Counted from the first letter of the stretch, positions 35,501 through 48,100 are shown. The stretch: DNA of 64,000 nucleotides from Macrostomum lignano (GCA_002269645.1 NIVC01002895.1:8190-72189); one strand, 5' to 3'. The notes: generated from the letters alone by a model not told the origin. Made by a program: numbers and translations.

Positions 35501-38500
35501 CTAACTAATGCCAGGGGCGTGGGGGCGGCCAGCCCCCACTATACCACTAGACTAACTAATGCCAGGGGCGTGGGGGGCGGCCAGCCCCCCACTATACCAC
35601 TAGACTAACTAATGCCAGGGGCGTGGGGGGCGGCGAGCCCCCCACTATACCACTAGACTAACTAATGCCAGGGGCGTGGGGGGCGGCCAGCCCCCCACTA
35701 TACCACTAGACTAACTAATGCCAGGGGCGTGGGGGCGGCCAGCCCCCACTAGACCACTAGACTAACTAATGCCAGGGGCATATGTCATAGCATATGTCAT
35801 AGCCATAAAAGGATAAAAACACAATATATAAACCATCGTCCCACCTTTGAAGACGACAGCGTCTTCATTCACTAGTGTTCCCAAATCCCCATCCCTTAGT
35901 GTTCCCCAATCCCCATCCCCTAATGTCCCCCAATCCCCATCCCCTAGTGTTCCCCAATCCCCATCCCTTAGTGTTCCCAAATCCCAATCCCCTAGTGTCC
36001 CCCAATCCCCATCCCCTAATGTTCCCCAATCCCCATCCCCTAATGTTCCCCAATCCCCATCCCCTAATGTTCCCCAATCCCCATCCCCTAATGTTCCCCA
36101 ATCCCATCCCCTAGTGTCCCCCAATCCCCATCCCCTAGTGTTCCCCAATCCCCATCCCTTAGTGTTCCCAAATCCCAATCCCCTAGTGTCTCCCAATCCC
36201 CATCCCTAGTGTTCCCCAATCCCCATCCCCTAAAGTTCCCAAATCCCCATCCCTTAGTGTTCCCCAATCCCCATCCCCTAATGTCCCCCAATCCCCATCC
36301 CCTAGTGTTCCCCAATCCCCATCCCTTAGTGTTCCCAAATCCCAATCCCCTAGTGTCTCCCAATCCCCATCCCCTAGTGTTCCCCAATCCCCATCCCCTA
36401 AAGTTCCCAAATCCCCATCCCTTAGTGTTCCCCAATCCCCATCCCCTAAATTTCCCAAATCCCCATCCCTTAGTGTTCCCCAATCCCCATCCCCTAATGT
36501 CCCCCAATCCCCATCCCCTAATGTCCCCCAATCCCCATCCCCTAGTGTTCCCCAATCCCCATCCCTTAGTGTTCCCAAATCCCAATCCCCTAGTGTCCCC
36601 CAATCCCCATCCCCTAATGTTCCCCAATCCCCATCCCTAATGTTCCCCAATCCCCATCCCCTAATGTTCCCCAATCCCCATCCCCTAGTGTCCCCCAATC
36701 CCCATCCCCTAGTGTTCCCCAATCCCCATCCCTTAGTGTTCCCAAATCCCAATCCCCTAGTGTCTCCCAATCCCCATCCCCTAGTGTTCCCTAATCCCCA
36801 TCCCCTAATGTTCCCCAATCCCCATCCCCTAAAGTTCCCAAATCCCCATCCCTTAGTGTTCCCCAATCCCCATCCCCTAATGTCCCCCAATCCCCATCCC
36901 CTAGTGTTCCCCAATCCCCATCCCTTAGTGTTCCCAAATCCCAATCCCCTAGTGTCCCCCAATCCCCATCCCCTAATGTTCCCCAATCCCCATCCCTAAT
37001 GTCCCCAATCCCCATCCCCTAGTGTTCCCCAATCCCCATCCCTTAGTGTTCCCCAATCCCCATCCCCTAATGTTCCCCAATCCCCATCCCTTAGTGTTCC
37101 CAATCCCCATCCCCTAGTGTTCCCCAAACCCCATCCCCTAGTGTTCCCCAATCCCCACCCCCTAGTGTTCCCCAATCCCATCCCCTAGATTATTCAATTC
37201 CCCTTTTTCTCCCCCATGACCCATACACTCCAATCGCTCAGCCAGCCCCTTCCTCAACCGCCAGGTGCAAGACGCGCAGAACCGGCTGCTGGCGCAGCTG
37301 AAGGACACGGGGCTGGGCAAGCGAGAGCACTGCCGCGCCTTCGTGCTGGCCATGTGCCGCGAGTTCGAGCGCCTCCGCCGGACAGCAAAGCGTCAGTCAG
37401 AGGTGATTCGCACACTGGAGGCGACGCACCTGTCAGAGATGGACCTGTCCTGGGAGCTGCTGTGCCAGCACTGGTTCCACTCGCTGGTGTACTGCTGTGA
37501 CCAGATGCGCGCGGTGCACTGCGTGCTCATGGAGCGGCTCAAGCCGCTGCCGGACGAACGCGAGACTCCGTCGCCGTTGAAGCGATTCCTCGAGCTGGAC
37601 TCGGCGATGTCTGAGGTGGCCAAGCGGTGGCGCAAGGCACAGCAGCTGCTTGACACCTGGCAGGAGAGGAACTGCCCGCCGCCCACCGCTGCCGCCTGCC
37701 TTGGCCTGGCCGAGGACCTGCTGTCCGACGAGTCTCTCATGCGCCAGCTGTATAAGATGCACGTCAGCCAGGGTGAGCTGCCACCGACCTCTGGTCCCAC
37801 TGGTCTGATCCCACTGACTGCTCTGATCTGATCCATGTGTCCTAAAAATCTTAACTACTTTGATATTCCATCTGATGCTACTGATCTACCACCAGAAGAC
37901 CCTACTGTCCCACTACTGAACCCTCGCTCTCTCCCCCTCCATCAGGCGGTCAGTTAAACGGCGCCAGTCCGGCCGGCGGCAGCCAGTCGCCAGCAGCGGC
38001 AGCATCTTCAGCCTCATCTACTGCGTCAACCAGCGGCTTGGATGGCACGGCGGCGTCCTCGTACACATGCATGAAGTGCCGTCGCACCCTGTGCGCCTGC
38101 TCGGTATGCTCATTCTCTCACTACGTGACCTGCGGCATGCGGCCCGGCTTCGTCGACGCTGAGGATCTCGAAGCCGAGGTCGAAGCGGAGCGGCGGCAAA
38201 GGCGGAGGCGCAGGCGGCGGCAGCAGGAGCAGCGGGAGCAGCAGCGCGGCTGCTCCGCCGGCTCGCGGGGCTCCTGTCGCTGCGGCAGCGGCGCGGACTC
38301 GGCGTCCGGCGGCTCCTCGGCGTCGTCGTCTCCGGCCGATTCGCCTGACCGGCTGTCGCTATCCGACTCGTCCTTCTACTCCACTTCTTCGTGTACGGGT
38401 TCGTCGCGATCCGGGTCGAATTTCGAGGCCGCCGCCGCCGCTGTCATGGCCGACCAGCGCGGGCGGGCGCGGCAGAGACGCCGGTTGAGGCGCGGTGGCG

Positions 38501-40638
38501 GCAGCGGCGATGGCGAAGGCAGCGGCGCAGAGTCGCGCAACGCCGCCGCGGCTTCGGTGGCCTCGGCGGTCATCGAGTCGGCGGCAGCGAATGTTGCCTC
38601 CAGTCGCGGCGACGGTGGCGGTGGGCGTCGCGGAGTTTCTCTGTCGCCTTCGGGCGGGTCGCGGTCTTTAGAGGTCGGCGCAATCACGCCGTTGTCAACA
38701 TCGCCGAATTCGAAGTTCTGCGACTGCTGCTACTGCGAGGTGTTCGGGCACGCGGGCGGCACCCCGGCTGGCCAGCAACCGGCCGTGCCGCCGAAATTCT
38801 ACGAGAAGCGCGAGCAGCTGCGGCAGAAGCTAAAGCGCAAGAAGGAGCTGCAGCAGCAGCGGCAAGAGGCCGCGCAGCAGCAGCCGCAGCCGGCGGCCGA
38901 AGGCGGCGACATCGACGAGCTGGTGAAGTTCATCGAGGGCGAGCCGGCGACCTCTACGGCGGCCAAGCGGGAGGCCAAGAAGGCCAGGCAGAAGGCCAAA
39001 AAGGCGGCCGCTAAGAAGCCGAATGCGAAATCCTCGAACTGTCTGGAGGCTGCGGATGTCGATGAGGCGGCCGAATCTCCGGCGCCTAGCGCCGACGTTC
39101 CAGTGGAGACCCCGCGGTCCAAGGCGGTGCCGGAGCAGCCGGCAGAGGCGCCCAAGTCTGCGGCGGCGGCCTCCAGTCAGCAGCGGCAGGAGGCGGCCAG
39201 CCAGCCATCACGCAAGCCTGCAGCTCCCAGCAGCAACGGCAGCAGCAAGTACGGCTGCTCCATCGGCGCGAGGCCTCGCGGCTTTGCCCACCCCGCCGCC
39301 TCCGCCGCAGCTCCGCCAATCGGTGCAAATCAGCAGCAGCAGCAGCAGCAGCAGCCCCTAGCAACCGTTGCTAACGGAGCCATTGGAGCCAAGAGTCGGC
39401 ACCAGAGCAATAGCTACCAGCACTACCAGCAGCAGCCGCATCAGCAGTACTTCAGTAACCATCCTCCTCAGCAGCAGCAGCAGCAATATTCCAGGCAGGT
39501 CAGGCAGACCCGCACCATAGTCAGCTCGAGTCGGCAGCAGGCGCACCAGCAGACAAGGCAACAGCAACAGCAGCATGTGTACAGCTTTGGTAGAACCAAG
39601 AACTTTGCACCGTCACCAGCGGCAATAGGCGGTTCAATGCAGCAGCAGCTGCAGCAGCAGCAGCAGCAGCAGCAGCAGCCACTGCAATTCAGACCCCAGC
39701 AGCGCCATCAGCTGGGCTACCAGCATCGCGGCAAGCAGCCGCAGCAACAGAGACAACATCAGCAGCAGCAGCATCGACAGACAGCAACTGGCAGTAGAAA
39801 CGGACCCGCTAGAGAAGATATTGGTGAGTGCAGGGTTGGGACATTTGAGTGCAGGGTTGGGACATTTGGGTGCAGGATTGGGACATTTGGGTGCAGGGTT
39901 GGGACATTTGGGTGCAGGGTTGGGGCATTTGGGTGCAGGGTTGGGGCATTTCATTTGGGTGCAGGGTCGGAACATTTGGGTGCAGGGTTGGGGCATTTGG
40001 GTGCAGGGTTGGGGCATTTCATTTGGGTGCAGGGTCGGAACATTTGGGTGCAGGGTTGGGACATTTAGGTGCAGGGTTAGGACATTTGGGTGCAGGGTTG
40101 GGGCATTTGGGTGCAGGGTTAGGACATTTGGGTGCAGGGTTGGGGCATTTGGGTGCAGGGTTGGGACATTTGGGTGAAGGGTTGGGGCATTTGGGTGCAG
40201 GGCTTAGATTTTTGTGAGATGCTGGATGCAGGGGAGGCTGGGTGCAGAGAGGCTGGGTGCAGGTGGACTGGGTGCAGGGAGGCTGGGTGCAGGGAGGCTG
40301 GGTACAGGTGGACTGGGTGCAGGTAGGAATTAGATTTGCGTACTTCATTATCATTAATCCCATGACAAACAGCAGTGCATTTGCTTACCCCTGTGGCAGA
40401 GGAAGTATTCAAACCGCGCCTTGGCAGCTGCGAGGGAGAAGAGGTGGACCCAGTTGTGGAGCAGTTCAAAAGGTAAGTGAAACAGTGATTTCACTATTCA
40501 TAATTTGCTGTTTGGTGCTCAGCAGCTGGAAAATCAAAATTCCGACCTCGCAGCTTCGTGATGAACGTTGAGGCGCCGAAGGAGCGGCAGAAGGTGCGGC
40601 TGGACATCGGCACCATCGCTCTGAGCAAGAAGAAATGA
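29581..40638 (+). CDS. FAM193A: FAM193-family protein, join(29581..29973,37265..37772,37946..39823,40400..40472,40554..40638), 978 aa
   Basis: CDCRVC...LVDRDPGALYNALE; LEATHL..SWELLCQHWF; FCDCCYCEVFGH..REQLRQKL; DIDELVKFIEG; C-terminal EVFKP...VEQFKSF...RQKVRL (FAM193_C-like). All introns are GT-AG with matching phases, and the total of 2937 nt is open. The A versus B paralog label is nominal. Confidence 0.88.
29987..30045. repeat. 24-bp C-rich minisatellite, left remnant (split by an insertion)
   Basis: catcccctagtgttccccaatccc units; continues at 35872. Confidence 0.9.
31800..31875 (+). other. tRNA/SINE-like Pol III fragment inside the HINE-like element
   Basis: B-box/T-arm gggttcgaatccc followed by a T run. 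No complete cloverleaf is evident. Confidence 0.4.
32250..35780. repeat. 53-bp satellite (~66 copies), each unit a G/C hairpin followed by CTAG
   Basis: Unit gccaggggcgt-ggggggc-ggcca-gcccccc-actatacca-ctag-actaactaat; variant units recur with a ~1176-bp period. Confidence 0.98.
35872..37190. repeat. 24-bp C-rich minisatellite (ccccaatccccatcccctagtgtt)n
   Basis: About 55 copies. It explains the FPNPHPL/GDWGTL ORFs in the track. Confidence 0.98.
39824..40325. repeat. 21-bp G-rich intronic repeat (gggacatttgggtgcagggtt)n plus a gctgggtgcag derivative
   Basis: Starts at the intron-3 donor; ~18 copies to ~40200, then a related array at 40220-40325. Confidence 0.95.
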
Positions 40639-40984
40639 TAATCCAGCCCCACCTGCAGATTGTCTCGATATTAACAGTGCATCGTGTTTGTGCGTTTGTG
40701 CGTTATCCATTTTGCTTTAAACTTGCGGTTCTGTGGTAGCTTTTTCCCATCTGCGCTTGCTATAATTGTAGAAATCTAATTTCCTGTTAATTTGCATCTC
40801 CGTCGAAGTTTTTGTCCAATAATGCTTTTTTTCTTTTGCTCCGTTTCTTGGCTTTTTGTTTGTTTTTTGCTCTCTGCTACTTTTAATCTGCGGCATGCAG
40901 TAAGTGTTTGCTGTCAAATATCATTTGTTAGATAAAGTCATTTTCAAATTTGCACCACAATGAGACTGTGCATGGGGAGGGGTG

Positions 40985-41878
40985 TTCCCCATCCCCTAGT
41001 GTTCCCCATCCCCTAGTGTTCCCCTTCCCCTAGTGTTCCCATCCCCTAGTGTTCCCATCCCCTAGTGTTCCCATCCCCTAGTGTCCCCATCCCCTAGTGT
41101 CCCCATCCCCTAGTGTCCCCATCCCCTAGTGTCCCCATCCCCTAGTGTCCCCATCCCCTAGTGTTCCCCATCCCCTAGTGTCCCCCATCCCCTAGTGTCC
41201 CCCTTCCCCTAGTATCCCCATCCCCTAGTGTCCCCATCCCCTAGTGTCCCCATCCCCTAGTGTCCCCATCCCCTAGTGTTCCCCATCCCCTAGTGTCCCC
41301 CATCCCCTAGTGTCCCCCTTCCCCTAGTATCCCCATCCCCTAGTGTCCCCCTTCCCCTAGTGTCCCCCTTCCCCTAGTGTCCCCCATCCCCTAGTATCCC
41401 CATCCCCTTGTGTTCCCCATCCCCTAGTGTCCCCATCCCCTAGTGTCCCCATCCCCTAGTGTCCCCATCCCCTAGTGTCCCCATCCCCTAGTGTCCCCAT
41501 CCCCTAGTGTCCCCATCCCCTAGTGTCCCCATCCCCTAGTGTCCCCATCCCCTAGTGTTCCCCATCCCCTAGTGTCCCCATCCCCTAGTGTCCCCATCCC
41601 CTAGTGTCCCCCATCCCCTAGTATTCCCCATCCCCTAGTGTCCCCCATCCCCTAGTATCCCCCATCCCCTAGTATTCCCCATCCCCTAGTGTCCCCCATC
41701 CCCTAGTGTCCCCCATCTCCTAGTATTCCCCATCCCCTAGTATCCCCCATCTCCTAGTATTCCCCATCCCCTAGTATCCCCCATCTCCTAGTATTCCCCA
41801 TCCCCTAGTATCCCCCATCTCCTAGTATTCCCCATCCCCTAGTATCCCCCATCTCCTAGTATTCCCCATCCCCTTGTG
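40985..41878. repeat. 16-18-bp C-rich minisatellite (ccccatcccctagtgt)n downstream of FAM193
   Basis: Shares its core with the 24-bp intron-1 array. Confidence 0.98.
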
Positions 41879-42616
41879 TTGTAACAGCACAATCCCCTGC
41901 TTCGGTGCCGTGGTCGAGGGCGCATTCATTTGGATCTTGTGTGCACAAAAATTGCCTAAGGGGTTCTCGGGCGATTGCAAGCCACGGAGAGTGTACATGC
42001 GTGAAGGATTAGAAAGTCAGGGCGGCTGTACACCGTGTGTGAGCGTTCAGGCAAACAGACTATATGCATTGAATTGCAACAGCGCAAATTTGGAAATGTT
42101 TTACTCTGACAAACGGTACAGAGAGTCGAGAGAACAGAGGTTATAGAAATTGCGCAAATAACTGTCGTGTTTATTTTTTAGCTGACTTTTTTTTGTCTGC
42201 TTTGACGTGTGTGCCGCGCTTTATTAATCAACATGCCAGGATGCTTGCGCACTGTCTGCTGCTGTTGTTACAGCTGTCTGTCTATCTGTCTACAGCGCAT
42301 CAAGTGAAGTTGGTCCGGTTGAAATTTGAACTTTGCGCTCTGACTGTCTCGCCTCCGCCTGCGGTGTACATTCACTGCTGCCCGCATCATCATGGATAAT
42401 GACATAATTTATTTAAATATATATATATATAGTGTATAAATTCGTTACTAATGCACAGTATATTTCACTGCAACAATTCCCCAATGGAGCAATCCGCGCA
42501 AAGGAAATGTTGCACTTGTGCGTAAGCGTTAATTCCCGCTAGGAAAATGTTTTTGTGTCAGTTGCTTTGGGGATCGAGTTGGAAGGAATGACGTTTAGCC
42601 ATCGTTTTGAAATTCT

Positions 42617-44640
42617 GGTCACTAATCAGTGCGCAATTCTGGTCACTAATCAGTGTGCAATGTGGTCACTAATCAGTGCGCAATTCTGGTCACTAATCAG
42701 TGTGCAATGTGGTCACTAATCAGTGTGCAATCTCGTCACTAATCAGTGTGCAATGTGGTCACTAATCAGTATGCAATCTGGTCACTAATCAGTGTGCAAT
42801 CTGGTCACTAATCAGTGTGCAATCTGGTCACTAATCAGTGTGCAATCTGGTCACTAATCAGTGTGCAATCTCGTCACTAATCAGTGTGCAGTGTGGTCAC
42901 TAATCAGTATGCAATCTGGTCACTAATCAGTGTGCAATGTGGTCACTAATCAGTATGCAATCTGGTCACTAATCAGTGTGCAATGTGGTCACTAATCAGT
43001 GTGCAATGTGGTCACTAATCAGTATGCAATCTGGTCACTAATCAGTGTGCAATGTGGTCACAGATCATTGTGCAATGTGGTCGCTAATCAGTGCGCAATT
43101 CTGGTGTGCAATCAGTGTGCAATCTGGTCACTTATCAGTGTGCAATCTGGTCACTAATCAGTGTGCAATGTGGTCACTAATCAGTGTGCAATCTGGGCAC
43201 TAATCAGTGTGCAATGTGGTCACAGATCATTGTGCAATGTGGTCGCTAATCAGTGCGCAATTCTGGTGTGCAATCAGTGTGCAATCTGGTCACTTATCAG
43301 TGTGCAATCTGGTCACTAATCAGTGTGCAATGTGGTCACTAATCAGTGTGCAATGTGGTCACTAATCAGTGTGCAATGTGGTCACTAATCAGTGTGCAAT
43401 GTGGTCACTAATCAGTGTGCAATGTGGTCACTAATCAGTGTGCAATCTCGTCACTAATCAGTGTGCAATGTGTTCGCTAATCAGTGCGCAATTCTGGTGT
43501 GCAATCAGTGTGCAATCTGGTCACTTATCAGTGTGCAATCTGGTCACTAATCAGTGTGCAATGTGGTCACTAATCAGTGTGCAATCTGGGCACTAATCAG
43601 TGTGCAATCTGGGCTCTAATCAGTGTGCAATCTGGTCACTAATCAGTGTGCAATCTGGTCACTAATCAGTGTGCAATGTGGTCACTAATCAGTGTGCAAT
43701 CTCGTCACTAATCAGTGTGCAATCTCGTCACTAATCAGTGTGCAATGTGGTCACTAATCAGTGTGCAATCTGGTCACTTATCAGTGTGCAATCTGGTCAC
43801 TAATCAGTGTGCAATGTGGTCACTAATCAGTGTGCAATCTGGGCACTAATCAGTGTGCAATCTGGGCTTTAATCAGTGTGCAATCTGGTCACTAATCAGT
43901 GTGCAATCTGGTCACTAATCAGTGTGCAATGTGGTCACTAATCAGTGTGCAATGTGGTCACTAATCAGTGTGCAATCTGGTCACTAATCAGTGTGCAATC
44001 TGGTCACTAATCAGTGCGCAATTCTGGTCACTAATCAGTGTGCAATGTGGTCACTAATCAGTGTGCAATCTGGTCACTAATCAGTGTGCAATCTGGTCAC
44101 TTATCAGTGCAATCGGGTCACTAATCACTGTGCAATCTGGTCACTAATCAGTGCAATCTGGTCACTAATCAGTGTGCAATTCTGGTCACTAATCAGTGCA
44201 ATCTGGTCACTAATCAGTGCAATCTGGTCACTAATCAGTGCAATCTGGTCACTTATCAGTGCAATCGGGTCACTAATCACTGTGCAATCTGGTCACTAAT
44301 CAGTGCAATCTGGTCACTAATCAGTGCAATCTGGTCACTAATCAGTGCAATCTGGTCACTTATCAGTGCAATCGGGTCACTAATCAGTGTGCAATCTGGT
44401 CACTAATCAGTGCAATCTGGTCACTAATCAGTGCAATTCTGGTCACTAATCAGTGCAATCTGGTCACTTATCAGTGCAATGTGGTCACTAATCAGTGCAA
44501 TCTGGTCACTTATCAGTGCAATCTGGTCACTAATCAGTGCAATGTGGTCACTAATCAGTGCAATCTGGTCACTAATCAGTGCAATTCTGGTCACTAATCA
44601 GTGCAATCTGGTCACTAATCAGTGTGCAATTCTGGTCATG
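42617..44640. repeat. 21-24-bp satellite (ctggtcactaatcagt[gt]gcaat)n, with a stray copy at ~45196-45245
   Basis: About 2 kb of tandem copies. It explains the SLISAIW ORFs. Confidence 0.98.
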
Positions 44641-46167
44641 GTAACTAACAGTAGCAATGCCAAGCCATTTTTCCGCCCGTCGAACTACCAAATAGGGGAA
44701 GGGGGAAATTGCCCCCCCCCCTGACAATTTTTTTTGCTGCGCCAGAACGGAGCAACGCAGGCACACGAAATTCAAGAACACGGGCTAACTTTTTGTTGCG
44801 CACCTTCTCAAACAAGAATCAAGTCGCCAGCCCTCCGGACCGTCGAGATATTCGACGATTCTGCCAGAAGGTCGGATTTTTCCCCATATTCCCATCAGTA
44901 CACCCCTGTGCGCCAATTAGCACTGCGCCTCAGTGCGGCCTTGCCAAGTCTCCAAATTTCATCAGAACATCGACCACATGTGTCCGCATCAGTTCTGACT
45001 TCGTTGGTCACTAGCCTTTACCCAGGTGGAGCTTCTGGACCCTCAACAGCTGTGGCACCAGGTGACTATGGACACCCTGATGCGGATTTCTCTATTTTCG
45101 CTGATCAAGCCTCGACAGTGGGCAAAAATCAACTGCTGGACATCCTCAGCTAGTCAGTCTAACATTCAGCCATCACCCCGACGCCGTCGGCACCTTCAGT
45201 GTGCAATCTGGTCACTAATCAGTGTGCAATCTGGTCACTAAGCAGACCCACCGAGTTGTGCCCCATTCAGTGACCTACTTTTAGAAAATTCAAAGCTGAC
45301 TGTGTCCTCAAAACTTGAAATGGTTTGGGGGAGCTGCAAAGATCAACAATGCGTCAACATGCATCAGAGACAAGGCCGCGTTCTTCCTACACGTCGTGCA
45401 GACTTGAGTGTTTAGAATAATAAAGCCTGCGCTGCCATAGCAACTGCATGAGGCACTCCAAGCACTTAAATCACTTTGTGCCGTATCAAATAGAGGTCAA
45501 ACGTGCTTCCGGATCTTTTGCACTGACGGAGCATTTATTTTTGCTCATTCGAAATGCCTATTGCTTACTGCCGCAATGGTCTGCTTTCACATGGAGCTCT
45601 AGATGAAGAAACTGCAGGAGTGGAAATTACTGGCTGGGCTGAGTATAGCACCCATTTTCCTGGCCTACACAAGTGCTCAAAGATAAACAAAAGTAGTTAG
45701 CAGTTGTTGCTATCTTATGATCAAAGCATCGAGAGGGGTTGCGACTATACGCTTGTATCGATAGACTTGCTGTAGGTGCGAAATGAGAACACCAACAGCA
45801 CTAATCATTCTAAGAATTTTGTAAAGAAACCACATTTATGAAATTCATATTTTTAAGTCATGAATACCAAAAGTAGCCCCCCATCAGCCTCCTCATTGGT
45901 CAGTTTCCCATCCAGATTCTGCCTCTAAAAGCCCACGGCTATCTGACTTGACCCTACGGGACGTGCCTGCCTGCTGGAAAAACAGCGCGGCTGTTATCTG
46001 TTATCCTTATCGGCTGCCCAGCAACGCTTTCAATATTAGCCTGCTGACTTACCTGCCTACTCCACCCACCTGTGAGCAGCCACGCATCCTTGTGGTTTTT
46101 TGTGGCCTTCAAACTAGGTAGCAACTATCGATATAGTCTGTCTGCGTAGTCCCAACTGCATGTTGTC

Positions 46168-47247
46168 ATGACAACTGAAAATTACGCCAGCAACCAGCAG
46201 TTTGTGGACACGAAGGAGGACCTGCTGGTTGAGTGTCGAGCCGACCAGAGCAGCGCGCAGTGCGCTCTGGCCACCATACTGGGCGTCCTGTCCGCCTATG
46301 GCCTGCCGCTGATGTTCGGCCTGTGCCTGGTCAGCAACTGCCTCGTCATCTACGTCTGCACCGTGCGCCTGCGGCTTGAGAGCCGCTTCAGCGTCTACCT
46401 CTGCGCCTTCTGCCTGTGCGACACCGTCCAGTCCTTGGTGTGGGGCTTCGCCTGGGTCTTCCCGGCCAGGGGCGTCCCGTTCATGACTCGGGGCAGTGCT
46501 GGCTACCTGCTGATGAACGATAGCGACGGCGTCTGCAAGGCGGCGCGCTTTGTCCAGGCATTCAGCGCCGTGTGCGTCATCATTGTGCTGCTGGCTGGCG
46601 CCATCGACCGCTGTCTGACTGTTCACTGGCCGCTGTGGGCGCACCGACTGACCCGGAACCACGCCTTCGTGGGGGTCCTGGCCAGCGTGGCCGCGGCCAT
46701 CCTGGTCTCGCTGCCGATGGTGGTCATCATGGGCCACACGGCGGTCCCGATGCGCGGCTACAACTCCTCCATCCTGTGCGGCATCGTGTTCGAGCCCAAG
46801 TCTGCCAGCTACTACGCGGCCATGGTCTACCGCCTGCTGGTGGCTGGCGACACCTCTATTCTGCTTATCGCGCCCGCCCTGGCCGTCAATGTCTTGATCA
46901 CCTGCCGCATCGTGAGCATCACTCGGCAGCGCAGGCGCGTTGTGAATCCGGGCGGCTGGCCGCAGCCACGCTGGCCACAGCTGAGCCGCGAGGAGACCTC
47001 CGCCTCGCTCTCCATCGTGCTGATCAACCTGGTGTACTTCCTGACCTGCATCCCCAAGATTATCGGCATTCGCGGCCTGTACAACTCCATGGAGAACCCG
47101 GATGCGCCCGTGGAGACACGGTTCCTTATCAACCTGCACGACATCAGCGACCTGATGCTGCAGTGGACTGGCACCCTGACTATCATCATCGTGTTCAGGC
47201 AGATAAAGTCGTTCAGGCAGCACTTTAAGGCGATCCTCCGGTGCTGA
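46168..47247 (+). CDS. Intronless class-A (rhodopsin-like) GPCR, probable peptide/orphan receptor, 359 aa
   Basis: Seven hydrophobic segments; SN in TM1, YL..F.LCD in TM2, Cys at the top of TM3, AIDRC..V..PL (DRY variant), SLP in TM4, CIP in TM6. AATAAA at ~47335. Confidence 0.9.
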   Translation: MTTENYASNQQFVDTKEDLLVECRADQSSAQCALATILGVLSAYGLPLMFGLCLVSNCLVIYVCTVRLRLESRFSVYLCAFCLCDTVQSLVWGFAWVFPARGVPFMTRGSAGYLLMNDSDGVCKAARFVQAFSAVCVIIVLLAGAIDRCLTVHWPLWAHRLTRNHAFVGVLASVAAAILVSLPMVVIMGHTAVPMRGYNSSILCGIVFEPKSASYYAAMVYRLLVAGDTSILLIAPALAVNVLITCRIVSITRQRRRVVNPGGWPQPRWPQLSREETSASLSIVLINLVYFLTCIPKIIGIRGLYNSMENPDAPVETRFLINLHDISDLMLQWTGTLTIIIVFRQIKSFRQHFKAILRC

Positions 47248-47998
47248 TGTACACCTGAGCCTGTTGGACAGTGAACAGTTTACATGGAAACTAGCATGAC
47301 AACCTTTCTTCGCGTACTTTTGTTTTACTGTTGTAATAAATTCAAGTCACAATAAACATAAATGGCCTTTAATAACTAATTTGCAATCCAAGCAGAAAGC
47401 GAAAATTGTATGCTGTTGTTAGTATATAATATAGGGTTTCTAAATTTACATCTGTCTCGATCGTCAAAGCGCCTGTAGGACCTGTTGTGAGCCAAGGACC
47501 ACCAGAAGTTCCGTAACAGTTACAACGGTAACTTCAATGCAGTGGTCCTTGTTGTGAGGTCTGCATATTTTTTCGGCCTTGTATTTGTGTTGGCAGCGGA
47601 ACTGTGAACTCAAGCGTAGATTGCACTTAAATCTGGACGTGAGAAAATGCTACACCCTACAGAAGATTCAAAATCGCTTCAGATTCTTTCCTCACTACTC
47701 ATTAGTAAGCTAACCGCCGGACGGTTATCATGTTGCCAAAGCGACAGCGAAAACTGCTGTGCGATGCCGGGTAGCCGAGAGAAAACACACCCGATTTTCT
47801 ATTTTTAAAGCTTGATTCCTCGCGAACCTTCACTGGCATGGGGTTCTGGCGTTAGAGTTCAGGACCTTAAAGCTTGCCATGCGATTCTGCCCACTGTGTA
47901 AATAATGTACCGTGCATGACTGATCTTTCAGTCATGTAAGTAAGAAAGTCAGGGCCACTGTACATCTCATATCAGTGTGTGACTGCCAGCATATCCAC

Positions 47999-48002
47999 AT
48001 GC

Positions 48003-48079
<77 letters not shown>

Positions 48080-48100
48080 TTCTGTCCCAGTGTCTCTCTC

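Larger units (their letters stand above)
30046..35875 (+). mobile_element. Helentron/HINE-like non-autonomous element (~5.8 kb) in FAM193 intron 1
   Basis: 11-bp subterminal inverted repeats gtgggacgatg (30048-58) / catcgtcccac (35834-44); 3' hairpin tgaagacg-acag-cgtcttca (35848-67) followed by ttcaCTAG; internal tandem array. It interrupts the 24-bp minisatellite. Confidence 0.7.

Noticed and set aside
32250-35780. CRISPR-like array (regular palindromic repeats)
   Set aside because: The units are head-to-tail with no unique spacers, there are no cas genes, and the context is a eukaryotic intron.
35762-37181. Many overlapping ORFs (FPNPHPL, GDWGTL, GWGLGN)
   Set aside because: They are translations of a 24-bp minisatellite inside an intron.
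39821-40469. GLGHLGA/WVQGW ORFs and the repeat-derived tail of ORF 38038-40068
   Set aside because: A strong donor at 39824 and downstream exons that complete the FAM193 C-terminal motif place these in intron 3.
44734-45153. ORF possibly from a hAT-like transposase N-terminus between satellite blocks
   Set aside because: No diagnostic motif or element ends were found.
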